A DNA stretch of 64,000 nt from Tepidiforma sp. (GCF_034432735.1 NZ_DAOUBJ010000071.1:1259-65258); one strand, 5' to 3'. Positions 1 to 9,288 are shown, counted from the stretch's first letter. Translations and numbers: made by a program. Notes: generated by a model not told the origin, from the letters alone.

Positions 1-261
1 CGCGACCTTTCGCGCGCGATGGGGGTTTTCGATGCGGTGGTGGCAGCGCATTATCTCGGGCATCTTCCGCCTGACGAGCGGGGAGTTGCCTTCGAGGCGA
101 TGGCTGCGGCTGTGCGACCGGGCGGTTCGGTGGTGACGGTGGAGCATCGCTGGCACCGCTGGCCGGAATCTGGATCGCTGCGGTTGAAAGCCCGCCGCGG
201 TGCTGGTTTTTCCGAGTTGCGGTTTTACCGGCGCGCCGCCGGCGAAGGAGGTGAACGGTGA
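1..261 (+). CDS. class I SAM-dependent methyltransferase, C-terminal fragment (5' end outside window)
   Basis: Frame 1 is open from nt 1. The peptide ...FDAVVAAHYLGHLPPDERGVAFEAMAAAVRPGGSVVTVEH resembles the distal part of a Rossmann-type methyltransferase. The stop overlaps the next start (GTGA at 258-261). Confidence 0.55.
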   Translation, partial: RDLSRAMGVFDAVVAAHYLGHLPPDERGVAFEAMAAAVRPGGSVVTVEHRWHRWPESGSLRLKARRGAGFSELRFYRRAAGEGGER

Positions 262-791
262 CGCTGCCAGCGAGCGAACGGGAGAGAATCCGCGCCTACC
301 TGGTGGAAAAGGCCGGAACGAGTTCCGTCGAGGAGCTGATCGAGCGGGTGGAGGCTGGCATGGCGGAGTTGTGCGCGGCTGCCGAGGCGGTTCCGAGGGA
401 TCGGTTCGGGGAGCGGCCGCCGGGTGAGGAATGGAGCCCGCTGGATTGCTTGCAGCATACGGTGCATTGGAATTCCGAAGTCGCACGGGCGGTGCTGCAC
501 GCGGCGCTGACCGGGGAGGTGGTGGCGGGACCTATCCCTGCTGGCGCGCTGCCGCCGGACGACGCTGGAGTGCCATCAGAGCGGGAGGCGCTGATCGAGG
601 CGATGAGGCAAGCGAATGTTTCGCTCTATGAGCACGTGCGTGCTGCCGATCCCGGGTCGTTTCTCGAGGTTCGTTGGGAGCACCCGTTCTTCGGGATGCT
701 CAACTGGCGCGAGTGGCTGCTCTTTTTGCGGCTGCACGCGCTGGACCATGCTCGCCAGCTGACGGCCATGCGGGATGCTCTCCGTGCGTGA
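258..791 (+). CDS. DinB family protein
   Basis: 177-aa ORF with a DinB-like histidine pattern (LQHTVHW ... LRLHALDHARQL). GTG start coupled to the upstream stop. Confidence 0.65.
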   Translation: MTLPASERERIRAYLVEKAGTSSVEELIERVEAGMAELCAAAEAVPRDRFGERPPGEEWSPLDCLQHTVHWNSEVARAVLHAALTGEVVAGPIPAGALPPDDAGVPSEREALIEAMRQANVSLYEHVRAADPGSFLEVRWEHPFFGMLNWREWLLFLRLHALDHARQLTAMRDALRA

Positions 792-1542
792 GCCGCGACC
801 ACTGCGGGTGGTGCACACGTCTGACGTGCACCTGGGTGCCTACGCGGGCAACGATACCCCCATCTGGGTCGAGCGGCGGCAGCGGATGGAGGCGGCGTTT
901 TGCAGGGTAATCGACCTGGCGAACCGGGTCGGTGCGCAGGTGCTCTTGCTGGCTGGCGACATCTTCGATAACGACCGGGTGTCGGCGGAGACGGTGGAGT
1001 GGGCGGCGCGACAGATTGCGCGGTTCGAGGGCCAGGCGTTTCTCATCCCGGGGAATCACGACCCGATGGATCCCGGGGGCATCTACTGGCGACACGACAT
1101 GGAGGCCATCGCGCGGCGGCTGACGATCGTTCGGGAGCATCGCGGTGAACTGGTCGAGCCGGAGGGGCTGGACCTGGTGGTCTGGGGGCGGGCTTATTTG
1201 GACAGCGACTGGCACTTCCGGCCACTGGAGGGTCTTCCGGACCGGCTGGATAGGCGGTGGCATCTGGCTCTGGCCCACGGGCACTTCGTGCCAGAGGGTG
1301 GGGAGAATCACCGTTCGCTGCCAATCCACGAGCGGGAGATCGCCGGGGCCCGCGGTCGCTGGGACTACATCGCGCTGGGGCATTGGGAGCCGCACGCAGA
1401 CGTGAGCTGCGGCGGCGTGACGGCAGTATATTCCGGGGCACCGATGGCGTTGAGCGAGGCGAACCGTCGGGCAGGGCTGTGCACGGTGGTGGACTTCGAC
1501 GGGGGAGGCGTGCGCTGGTGGGTGGAGCGAGTGGATCGGTAG
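775..1542 (+). CDS. metallophosphoesterase (calcineurin-like, SbcD/Mre11-type fold)
   Basis: Motifs VVHTSDVHLG, LLLAGDIFDN, IPGNHD and LAHGH in the canonical order. Overlaps the upstream gene by 17 nt. Confidence 0.75.
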   Translation: MLSVREPRPLRVVHTSDVHLGAYAGNDTPIWVERRQRMEAAFCRVIDLANRVGAQVLLLAGDIFDNDRVSAETVEWAARQIARFEGQAFLIPGNHDPMDPGGIYWRHDMEAIARRLTIVREHRGELVEPEGLDLVVWGRAYLDSDWHFRPLEGLPDRLDRRWHLALAHGHFVPEGGENHRSLPIHEREIAGARGRWDYIALGHWEPHADVSCGGVTAVYSGAPMALSEANRRAGLCTVVDFDGGGVRWWVERVDR

Positions 1543-1585
1543 GCTGCCGGCTAAGGGCTTGCCGTGGTAGATTGAGGGTGGGCGT

Positions 1586-1662
1586 GGCAGGGTAGCTCAG
1601 CCGGTCAGAGCGCACGACTCATAATCGTGAGGTCGGGAGTTCGAGCCTCCCCCCTGCTACCA
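1586..1662 (+). tRNA. tRNA-Met (anticodon CAU), probably elongator; tRNA-Ile2 (lysidine) not excluded
   Basis: Hand-folded cloverleaf. Acceptor GGCAGGG/CCCTGCT (G1-U72 wobble), D arm GCTC..GAGC, anticodon stem CACGA/TCGTG with loop CTCATAA, T arm GGGAG-TTCGAGC-CTCCC, encoded CCA. Confidence 0.85.
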
Positions 1663-1878
1663 CGGCCTTGCTGCGTGGCCGATGTGGGGCGCGGCGGAGG
1701 GGCGATGTGTGGGCGGGCCGGTACTCCAAGGCGATCGTCGGGGTTCTCCGGGGCGCGTTTCGTTCGAGCTCCGCATTCGACACGCGGAGCGAGCCAGTCG
1801 TGGGTCGCGATGTTGGCATCGTTCGAACGGGTGTAGGGGCGACACGGTGTAGGCGGCGTGCGCGTGACGTAAGGCGGC

Positions 1879-2238
1879 TCATGGGGTCGGTGGCTCTTGG
1901 CGCAGGAGGTCGCCGGGCTGGAGCGCGGCTGCTGCGCCAGCGGGGAGTTCGACGACGGCGCGGGCGCCTTTGGCGGTAGCGATGCCGAGCCACGGTTTGA
2001 CCCGCGCCGCGACCCTGATGATTGCGCCATCGGCATCCAGGAAGACAGCGTCGATCGGGAACCGCATGAGGAGCATGTGGATAGAGGAGCATGGTTCGAT
2101 GAGGAGCCCCTCGCCGGGCTGGAGTGGGCGGCGAAGCATCAACCCGCGGAAGCGGGTCCAGAAGGTGTCCGCGACTTGGATACGGTCACCAAGGACCCGG
2201 CCGGTTGGCTCGTGCACGAGGCGAACGATACGCGGCAC
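1879..2238 (-). CDS. DUF192 domain-containing protein
   Basis: 119-aa ORF. The FWTRFRGLM ... IHMLLMRFPIDAVFLD pattern is typical of the DUF192 family. Confidence 0.7.
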   Translation of the reverse strand: MPRIVRLVHEPTGRVLGDRIQVADTFWTRFRGLMLRRPLQPGEGLLIEPCSSIHMLLMRFPIDAVFLDADGAIIRVAARVKPWLGIATAKGARAVVELPAGAAAALQPGDLLRQEPPTP

Positions 2239-2270
2239 GACGGGAGGGTACCTCGGCAGCGCCGGTCGGG

Positions 2271-3950
2271 CTATCGGCGGGGCACTGGGAAGACAGTTCT
2301 GTGGTGTATCAGTTCTTCGCCGCGCCAGTTGCGGCCGCTGAAGGTGACGAGGATTTCGGTATCTCGGTCCTCGATGGTCAGGAGGCCGAATTGGCCGCCG
2401 CCGGGGTGGGCGCCCTCGGTGTAGGGGCCGCCTTTGAGCGATCCCCGGCGGTCGAGGGCGGCGGCGTGGTAAACGGGGAAGCCTGGACCGGCTCCGTTGG
2501 ATGCGTACAGGTTGTTGGCGCCGCTATCGGCGGCGAGCATATGGGCATCGCCCGAGATCATGACGAGGTTGCGAATTCCGTTTTCTACGAGGAAGTCGGA
2601 GATGCGGCGGCGCTCTTCGGCGTAGGCGCCCCAGTTGTCGCTGCGGGTCTCGTTGGAAATCCACGGGACGCTATTGACCCAGATCGTGAGGGCCGCGGAG
2701 TCGCGGGCCGCGAGGAGCTCGTCGAACAGCCATGCGAGTTGGGGCGCTCCGAGCATGGACTTGGACGGCCCATCGGGGAGGTGGGAAGGGGCGCGTTCGG
2801 AGCGCGTGTCGGTGAGGATGACGCGGACGCGACCGATGGTGAACGCCTGGGCTATGGGGCCATCGAGCGGCAATGGGTAGTGCGGGACGATCTCGCGATA
2901 GACGGCGCGAGCCGCTTCGCGCGAGGCGGTCGTACGGTCGCTGTCGTTGCCGCCGTAGTCGTGGTCGTCCCAGGTGTAGGCGACCGGCACGTCGAGCCAG
3001 AGCGCCTGCTGGGCGGGCGCGCGCAAGGAGCGGGTGAAGGCGTCGCGAATGGCTTTGGGATCGGGTTCGTCGATATCCGCGTAGTGAAAGTCGCCGGTGT
3101 GGACGAAGAGGAGGGGGTTGGCTTCGCGGATGCGGTCGAAGACCTGTCCGCTGGAGCCGGTTCGGGCGCAGGCGCCGAAGGCGAGGGTGAAGGTCGCGGC
3201 GCCATCGGGGTAGGTCTGGACGGTGCCAGTCCGGCTTCTGTCCTCGCGTCCGCCGATGGCGATTGACCATCGATAGCGGGTGGCTGGTTGAAGTCCGGTC
3301 GGTTCGAAGCGGGCGATTCGGGCTGGGCTCACGGCGGTCGGGGGTACGCGGGCGACCTCGCTGCCATCGGACGCCCGGACGATGAGCTCGGGGGTGATGC
3401 CGCTGGCGGTGCTTGCGAGTCGGGCGGTGACGGCGAATGACTGCTGGGTTACGGCGCCCGACCAAGCCCACTCGACGAGTTCGACGGGAAGATGACGCAG
3501 GGGCGAGGCCGGGTGGGTTGGGCCGAGGTAGGCCTGGTGGACCCGAACGCCGACTCCTGTGAGCAGTGTGCACAGTGCGACGAACCCGGCGAGCCTGGTG
3601 AGCACCGGACGTGGGCTCCTGGCGACGGCTGGTGCGAGCGACAGGGCCGCGGCGAGGATAAGGACCGAGGCCCCAGCTATCCCGACGAGGGGGACGCTTC
3701 CGAGCCAGGCGACGGCGACGACGGACCAGGCTGTGGCAAGCCAAGGGAAGCTGGCGAAGGCGGGGCGACGGACAAAGGCAGCCGTGCCGAAGAGGGAGAC
3801 GAGGGCGGCCCAAGAGAGGGCGGACGCTTCCCAGGGGCGTTCGAGGAGGGCGGGTTCACCGGCTCTCTCGAAGCTGGCGATGAGAATCGCGGCCAGGCCG
3901 ACGAGCGCCAGAACGACGGCAAGAATCCGGGTGGCACGGGGTGCGGCCAT
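2271..3950 (-). CDS. PhoD-like phosphatase/phosphodiesterase with polytopic N-terminal membrane region
   Basis: The listed ORF 2271..4244 was trimmed to the internal ATG at 3950 (MAAPRATRIL...). The upstream part is Arg/Pro-rich and overlaps the next gene. Metallophosphatase motifs HTGDFHYAD, WDDHDYGGND and ISGDAHM are present. The first ~165 aa contain several hydrophobic helices. Confidence 0.8.
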   Translation of the reverse strand: MAAPRATRILAVVLALVGLAAILIASFERAGEPALLERPWEASALSWAALVSLFGTAAFVRRPAFASFPWLATAWSVVAVAWLGSVPLVGIAGASVLILAAALSLAPAVARSPRPVLTRLAGFVALCTLLTGVGVRVHQAYLGPTHPASPLRHLPVELVEWAWSGAVTQQSFAVTARLASTASGITPELIVRASDGSEVARVPPTAVSPARIARFEPTGLQPATRYRWSIAIGGREDRSRTGTVQTYPDGAATFTLAFGACARTGSSGQVFDRIREANPLLFVHTGDFHYADIDEPDPKAIRDAFTRSLRAPAQQALWLDVPVAYTWDDHDYGGNDSDRTTASREAARAVYREIVPHYPLPLDGPIAQAFTIGRVRVILTDTRSERAPSHLPDGPSKSMLGAPQLAWLFDELLAARDSAALTIWVNSVPWISNETRSDNWGAYAEERRRISDFLVENGIRNLVMISGDAHMLAADSGANNLYASNGAGPGFPVYHAAALDRRGSLKGGPYTEGAHPGGGQFGLLTIEDRDTEILVTFSGRNWRGEELIHHRTVFPVPRR

Positions 3951-3973
3951 AGCGCCGGGGAAAGGCCTTCGGC

Positions 3974-5068
3974 TCAGCGTTGGGCGGCGGCCTTTGGACG
4001 GTCGGGTACGGCGGCGAGGTCTTCGAGGCCCCGTGGGGCTCTGGGCACCTGGACCTTCTTGACCTGCTCGATGATGTACTTCGCGCGCTCGCGCTGTTCG
4101 GGCGTGGCGGCCGGAAGCGGCAGGGTGATACGCGATGCGTACTCGCGGTGGTTGGCGATGAAGTCGGGCAGGCGGTCGTAGGTGGATGTCTGGGCGAAGA
4201 CGCGGAGGACGTCTTCGGGGATGACCCGCTGCATTTCGTCCCACTTGCCCTGAAGCGAGAGCTCGTGGAGCTGCATGCCGAGGCTCTTGAGCCCGTGGAC
4301 TTCGAAGACTTCGTGGTAGGAGCGGGTGGAGCCGTAGAAAGAGATGGGCTGGCGGAGGCGTTCGAGGCCTTGTTCGATTTCGGATTCGGTTTCGCCGAAT
4401 ACGGTGAATCCGCCGCCGGCGATTTCGATGTCCTGCCAGGTTCGGCCGGAGCGCTTGAGGCCGATCGCGACGTTCGGTAGGACCACCTCGCGCATGTATT
4501 TATCGGTCATGAAGCCGTGTGGCATGACGACATCGGCGACTTCGCCGGCGACGCGAGCCATTGCATCGCCGACGCAAGCAAGACCAACTTTCGGGCGTGG
4601 GTACGGGATCGGCCCGGGGTTGAAGTTCGGGGTCATGAGGGTGAAGTGGTAAAAGCGGCCGATGAACTCGGGTTTCTTGCCGTCCTGGAAGGAGTCCCAG
4701 ACGGCGTGGAGCATCCTGATGTACTCCTTCATGCGGGTGGCCGGAGCCCCGGGCCAGTCGACGCTGAAGCGGTGTTGGTTATGGCCTTTCACTTGGGAGC
4801 CGAGGCCGAGGACGAAGCGGCCCTTGCTGAGGTGCTGGATATCCCAGGCTTCCATGGCCAGGACGGTCGGGGAGCGGGGAAAGGCGATGGTTACGCTGGT
4901 TTGGACCTCGAGCTTTTCGGTGGTGTAGGCGGCGATGGTAGCGGCGAGGATGGAGTCGTGTTGGGTTTCCGGGGTGGATGCGAAGTCGTAGCCGAGCTCC
5001 TCGGCGCGGCGTGCTTGTTCGGGGACGGCGGTGAGCCATGACCCGCCGAAGCCTGAGCCTACTTTCAT
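3974..5068 (-). CDS. LLM-class (luciferase-like) F420-dependent oxidoreductase
   Basis: 364-aa ORF with the TIM-barrel luciferase-like pattern (ELGYDFASTPETQHD, GRFVLGLGSQVKGH, FYGSTRSY). Confidence 0.8.
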   Translation of the reverse strand: MKVGSGFGGSWLTAVPEQARRAEELGYDFASTPETQHDSILAATIAAYTTEKLEVQTSVTIAFPRSPTVLAMEAWDIQHLSKGRFVLGLGSQVKGHNQHRFSVDWPGAPATRMKEYIRMLHAVWDSFQDGKKPEFIGRFYHFTLMTPNFNPGPIPYPRPKVGLACVGDAMARVAGEVADVVMPHGFMTDKYMREVVLPNVAIGLKRSGRTWQDIEIAGGGFTVFGETESEIEQGLERLRQPISFYGSTRSYHEVFEVHGLKSLGMQLHELSLQGKWDEMQRVIPEDVLRVFAQTSTYDRLPDFIANHREYASRITLPLPAATPEQRERAKYIIEQVKKVQVPRAPRGLEDLAAVPDRPKAAAQR

Positions 5069-5228
5069 CGGGGTGTCCTTTCGGGGAAGGTGGGATTGGG
5101 GCGAAGTCTACGCCGAAGACAGATGCGCTGCTATGCGGCGGGGGCGAGGCGAAGTACCTTTCCCTTTACGTCAGGGTTGCGGTTTGTTAGTGTGCGCGGA
5201 GCTTCGAACGATAGGGTAGGAGAAGGCG

Positions 5229-6401
5229 ATGGACTTTCGAGATACTCCGGAGCAGGCGGCGTGGCGCGCCGCGGTGCGTGCATTTCTCGAGAAGGAACGG
5301 CCCAAGGTCGATCCGGATGCGAATCTGATGGAGCTGGCGCGTGAGCGTGGTGGCGCACTGCGGGAGTGGCGCGAGAAGCTCGCGAAGCAGGGTTGGATTG
5401 CGCCGGCCTGGCCGAAGGAGTACGGAGGGGCGGGGCTCGGCGTGATGGAGCAATTCATCATGAACGAGGAATTCGCGGAAGCGCGGGCGCCGCAGGTGGG
5501 CGGCATGGGCGTCTCGATGATCGGGCCGACGCTCATTATCCACGGCAACGACGAGCAGAAGCGGGAGCACCTGGGCGCGATCCTTCGTGGGGAGGTGCAG
5601 TGGTGCCAGGGGTACAGCGAGCCAGGCTCGGGATCGGACCTGGCGAGCCTGCAAACGCGCGCTGTGCGCGATGGGGATGACTTCATCATCAATGGGCAGA
5701 AGATCTGGACATCCGGGGCGCACAATGCGGACTGGATGTTCATGCTGGCGCGGACGGACCCGGATGCGCCGAAGCACCGGGGTATCACGTACTTTCTCGT
5801 GGACATGAAGAGCCCGGGCATTACGGTCCGGCCGTTGATCAACATGGCCGGCGGGCACCAGTTCAACGAGGTGTTTTTCGAGGACGTGCGGGTGCCGGCG
5901 CGGAACGTGGTGGGAGAAATCAACCGCGGATGGTATATCGGGACGACGACGCTGGACTTCGAGCGTTCCTCCATCGGGAACGCGGTCGGCCAGCGGCAGA
6001 CGTTGGAGTACTACCTCCGGTATTGGCACGAGCACAAGGGGCAGCCAGTCACGGCGAGCGCGAGTGCGGCCTTCCGGAGCGAGTTCGCGGACCGCTGGAT
6101 CGAAGCGGCGACCGCGAAGATGTTGAGCTATCGGGTCATCAGCATTCAGGCATCCGGGCGGGTGCCGAATCACGAGGCGTCGATCGCGAAGCTGTTCAAT
6201 ACGGAGCTGAGCCAGCGCATCGCGCGGACGGCGATGAAGCTGCTCGGGACGTCGGCGCTGTTGACGGGACGCGAGGCTCCGATGAAGGGGAGGGCCCCGG
6301 GGAGCTACCTCCAGACGGTCTCGTCGACGATCGCGGGAGGCACGAGCGAGATTCAGCGGAACATCATCGCGACCCGCGGCCTGGGGCTCCCGCGCGGCTG
6401 A
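5229..6401 (+). CDS. acyl-CoA dehydrogenase
   Basis: 390-aa ORF. Typical ACAD layout (WCQGYSEPGSGSD, FIINGQKIWTSGA, C-terminal IAGGTSEIQRNIIA). Confidence 0.9.
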   Translation: MDFRDTPEQAAWRAAVRAFLEKERPKVDPDANLMELARERGGALREWREKLAKQGWIAPAWPKEYGGAGLGVMEQFIMNEEFAEARAPQVGGMGVSMIGPTLIIHGNDEQKREHLGAILRGEVQWCQGYSEPGSGSDLASLQTRAVRDGDDFIINGQKIWTSGAHNADWMFMLARTDPDAPKHRGITYFLVDMKSPGITVRPLINMAGGHQFNEVFFEDVRVPARNVVGEINRGWYIGTTTLDFERSSIGNAVGQRQTLEYYLRYWHEHKGQPVTASASAAFRSEFADRWIEAATAKMLSYRVISIQASGRVPNHEASIAKLFNTELSQRIARTAMKLLGTSALLTGREAPMKGRAPGSYLQTVSSTIAGGTSEIQRNIIATRGLGLPRG

Positions 6402-6426
6402 GGCGCGCAGTTTTCTATCGACCTAC

Positions 6427-6458
6427 GCGGGGGCTCGGGTGGGAACTCGGGCCCCCGC
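6427..6458 (+). terminator. terminator-like hairpin after the acyl-CoA dehydrogenase gene
   Basis: GCGGGGGC ... GCCCCCGC 8-bp G+C stem followed by TT. The loop is long (16 nt), so the call is weak. Confidence 0.3.
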
Positions 6459-6541
6459 TTCGATCGGGCTGCGGTAAACCGGGGTTTCTGTGGCCCCTTT
6501 GGTGCTTGTCGTGCGAGGAGGGGGCCGTAGACTTGGTGCCG

Positions 6542-7117
6542 ATGCGTTTCGCTGCAGGTGCGGCAGCTCTCATGGCGGCGTTGGCAGTCGTGATTGTGGC
6601 GTCGGCGCATGCCGAGCCGAGCAGGGCGAGGCCGGGCGACGGAGCGGTGCTCGACGCGCCGCCGACCGAGGTCGTATTGGTGATGACGCAGGACATGGTG
6701 CGTCGGCCAGGGGCCAACGCGATCGACGTATTCGATGGGAGCGGCAATGAGGTAACGGCGGAAGATGCACAGGTCGACGCCAACGACAGACGACGGCTTT
6801 CGGTAGCGCTTCCTCCGAACCTTCCACCCGGGGAGTACCTCGTGCGGTGGAGGACGTTGAGCGCTGACGACGGCGACGCGGCGAGCGGGGAGCTCCGATT
6901 CAGGGTCGACCCTGGGGCAACGCCCCATCCGGGGCGGGAGGTCTTGGGGGAGAGCCTGCTCGGCGGCAGTCCCGATGTGGAGACGGGAGCCTCGCCGAGG
7001 CTCGAATCTGGGGCTGGGAACGGTGGCACCGGCTGGGTACTGGTGGCTGCGCTGGGGGCGATTGGGCTGCTGTTGGGCATTGGTGCGGGCGTGATCGTGA
7101 GCAGGCGCGGGGCATGA
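6542..7117 (+). CDS. copC: CopC domain protein with C-terminal membrane anchor
   Basis: Trimmed from ORF 5930..7117 to the ATG at 6542. Signal peptide ending ASA|HAEP leaves an N-terminal His as in CopC. It has CopC-like strands (PGEYLVRWRTLSADDGDAASGELRF) and a C-terminal hydrophobic helix. The stop overlaps the next start (ATGA). Confidence 0.8.
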   Translation: MRFAAGAAALMAALAVVIVASAHAEPSRARPGDGAVLDAPPTEVVLVMTQDMVRRPGANAIDVFDGSGNEVTAEDAQVDANDRRRLSVALPPNLPPGEYLVRWRTLSADDGDAASGELRFRVDPGATPHPGREVLGESLLGGSPDVETGASPRLESGAGNGGTGWVLVAALGAIGLLLGIGAGVIVSRRGA

Positions 7118-9288
7118 AGCGGCGGGCGCTTCTGCTGCTGGTGATCGCCGTGACCCTCGGTGGGCTGTTTGGACGGCCGGGGCACGCATCGGCGCACGCA
7201 GCCCTCAGGGCGTCGGAGCCGGCGGCGAATGCGTTTCTCCGGCAAACACCGAACGAAGTCATCCTCGATTTCACGGAGCCAATCGACGCACGGGCGAGCC
7301 AATTGCGGTTGCTCGACGGACGGGGGAACGAAGTAGCGGTCGGGGCGCCCGTCATCGCCGGGGCGAGGATGCGTGCGTCGGTTCCGGAGCTCCTGCCGGG
7401 CGTCTACAACGTGGTGTGGGCCAACGTGTCGCTGGTCGACGGCCATGCGCTTTCCGGTTCGTTTCCGTTCACGGTGCTGAATCCGGACGGTTCGGTCCCG
7501 GACGCGACCAACGTGGTTGGCCTGATGAGTAGCGATGCCGACCGGCCCGGGCGCGCGGACGGGACGGCAGTGAGGTTCCTGGCGCTTCTGGGGCTGATCC
7601 TGGCTGCTGGCGCGTCGGTCTTGGCACTGCTCTGGCCCGAGGCGCCGGGGGGCATTCGGATCCGCCTCGGGCAGGCGGCACTGCTGGGCGGGGCAGCGAG
7701 CCTCGTCGCAGCCGGTCTTTCGCTGACGCTGTTGCTGGATACGTACCAGGGGCTCGCGCCAGGGGCAGCGGTGCTCGAAACGCGGGTGGGTCGGTATTGG
7801 CTCGCCCGATTGGTCTTGGTAGGAGCGATGCTGGGAGCAGCGGCCGCCTTCCGGCGAGCGCCGCGGGCGGCACCGCTGGTGGTGCTCGGAACGGCAGGTG
7901 GGCAGCTGTGGACGTTCACCGCGACGAGCCATGCGGCAGCCGTGCCCGGGAGCAACTGGGCGATGGCCATCGACGTCGTGCATGCGGGGTCGGCGATCGG
8001 CTGGATGGGCGCAGTGGCGGGGGCGGTCGTCGCCGCCCGGTTCGGGGAGCGGCGGGACCCGTGGCGGCCCCTGATGCGACGCTTCACACGGCTCGCTTCG
8101 GTACTGGTCTATGTGCTGCTGGCGACCGGCTTGCTGGCGGCGTTGGTCCACGTCGACGCCGGAGCGAAGCTGATGGAGACCCGGTACGGCCTGGTGTTGC
8201 TGGCCAAGGTGGCGCTGGTGGCGCCGTTGCTCGCTATCGGGCTGTACAACGCGCGCCTGGGGCGCGTTCGGCTGATGGAGGAGCGCCGTGGTGAACCGCG
8301 ACGATTTCTGTTCGGCGCGGCGGCAGAACTGGCGGTGGGGCTGTTCGTGGTCGCTGCAGCGGCGTTGCTGAGCCAGACGACGACGAGCCGCTCGATCGTG
8401 CTGGAGCCGGAGCGCCGCCCATTCGAGATGACCGCGCCCGCCGGTGACTTGGCGGTGACGCTGAGGGTCGACCCGAATCGCACGGGGCTGAACGATTTCC
8501 GGGTACGGCTGGCCAGGGCGACCGGAGAGGCCGTCGACGCGCAGCTCGTGCGGTTGGTTTTCCGTTACCAGGAGGACCAGACGCTCGGCCCCTCGGTGCT
8601 GACCTTGACTGCGCAAGGGGGCGGCGAGTTCGTCGCACGGGGTCCCTATCTGCCGCTGGAAGGCCGCTGGCGCGTCGAGGTGGAGGTCCGGCGGGCGGAT
8701 GCTGACGATGTGCGGACCTTTTTCGATGTGCGGCCGTCGGGGGCGTTCGCCGCCACGGCCCCGCCTGGTGGCGGGGGGTGGTCGTTGCCGGCGGCCGGGG
8801 TTTCTTGGAACCAGTTTGGCGGGCTGGTGGCGCTATTGGCCGGGATGGGACTTGCCTTGGCGCGTGGCTGGGCACGCCAGCTGCACCACCGCCTCGGGTG
8901 GGCGACGAGCGCCGGGACGCTGGCGGGTGTGGGGCTGGGAACGCTCCTGCTGTTTGGGGTGCATGCTCACGAGCCGCAGGCGGGGCTACCGACGAACCCG
9001 GTGTTTCCGGATGCGGATTCGATCGCGCGCGGGCGGGCGCTGTACGAAGCGAACTGCGTCAAATGCCACGGTCGCACGGGCGTTCCTCCACCCGGCCTGA
9101 ACCTGGAGCCCTACCCGCTGGACCTGACGGTCCATGTTCCGCAGCACCCGGACGGGCAGCTCTATCGATTCATCGCAGACGGGATCCCGGGAACGGCGAT
9201 GCCGGCGTGGAGGGAGCAGGGGCTCACGGACGAGGAGATCTGGCATCTCGTGAACTATCTACGGACGCTGGCGCCAGTGACGCAGTAG
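7114..9288 (+). CDS. CopC-CopD fusion protein with YtkA/FixH-like domain and C-terminal class I cytochrome c domain
   Basis: 724 aa. Signal peptide ending ASA|HAALRASEP (CopC N-terminal His). A multi-helix CopD-like middle region is followed by a beta-rich segment (LAVTLRVDPNRTGLNDFRV...GRWRVEVEV), two more helices, then CVKCHG heme motif plus GTAMPAW Met ligand. Confidence 0.8.
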   Translation: MKRRALLLLVIAVTLGGLFGRPGHASAHAALRASEPAANAFLRQTPNEVILDFTEPIDARASQLRLLDGRGNEVAVGAPVIAGARMRASVPELLPGVYNVVWANVSLVDGHALSGSFPFTVLNPDGSVPDATNVVGLMSSDADRPGRADGTAVRFLALLGLILAAGASVLALLWPEAPGGIRIRLGQAALLGGAASLVAAGLSLTLLLDTYQGLAPGAAVLETRVGRYWLARLVLVGAMLGAAAAFRRAPRAAPLVVLGTAGGQLWTFTATSHAAAVPGSNWAMAIDVVHAGSAIGWMGAVAGAVVAARFGERRDPWRPLMRRFTRLASVLVYVLLATGLLAALVHVDAGAKLMETRYGLVLLAKVALVAPLLAIGLYNARLGRVRLMEERRGEPRRFLFGAAAELAVGLFVVAAAALLSQTTTSRSIVLEPERRPFEMTAPAGDLAVTLRVDPNRTGLNDFRVRLARATGEAVDAQLVRLVFRYQEDQTLGPSVLTLTAQGGGEFVARGPYLPLEGRWRVEVEVRRADADDVRTFFDVRPSGAFAATAPPGGGGWSLPAAGVSWNQFGGLVALLAGMGLALARGWARQLHHRLGWATSAGTLAGVGLGTLLLFGVHAHEPQAGLPTNPVFPDADSIARGRALYEANCVKCHGRTGVPPPGLNLEPYPLDLTVHVPQHPDGQLYRFIADGIPGTAMPAWREQGLTDEEIWHLVNYLRTLAPVTQ

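Noticed and set aside
1586-1662. Initiator tRNA-fMet identity for the CAU tRNA
   Set aside because: Position 1-72 is a G-U pair rather than the C-A mismatch of bacterial initiators. The anticodon stem lacks the three consecutive G-C pairs ending at the loop. It was called elongator Met, with Ile2 not excluded.
2124-3813. Several 380-aa ORFs (2124..3266 +, 2671..3813 -) overlapping the PhoD-like gene
   Set aside because: Gly/Ala/Val- or Arg/Pro-rich shadow frames. The PhoD frame carries all the catalytic motifs.
5930-6541. Upstream part of ORF 5930..7117 (would extend CopC by 200 aa)
   Set aside because: It overlaps the 3' end of the acyl-CoA dehydrogenase gene in a different frame and crosses a hairpin. 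The signal peptide of CopC begins at the ATG at 6542.
6415-8616. 733-aa minus-strand ORF antisense to the CopC and CopC-CopD genes
   Set aside because: The translation is Arg/Pro/Gln/His-rich low complexity with no recognisable motifs. The + strand encodes clear CopC/CopD/cytochrome c domains. This is a typical shadow ORF in high-G+C DNA.
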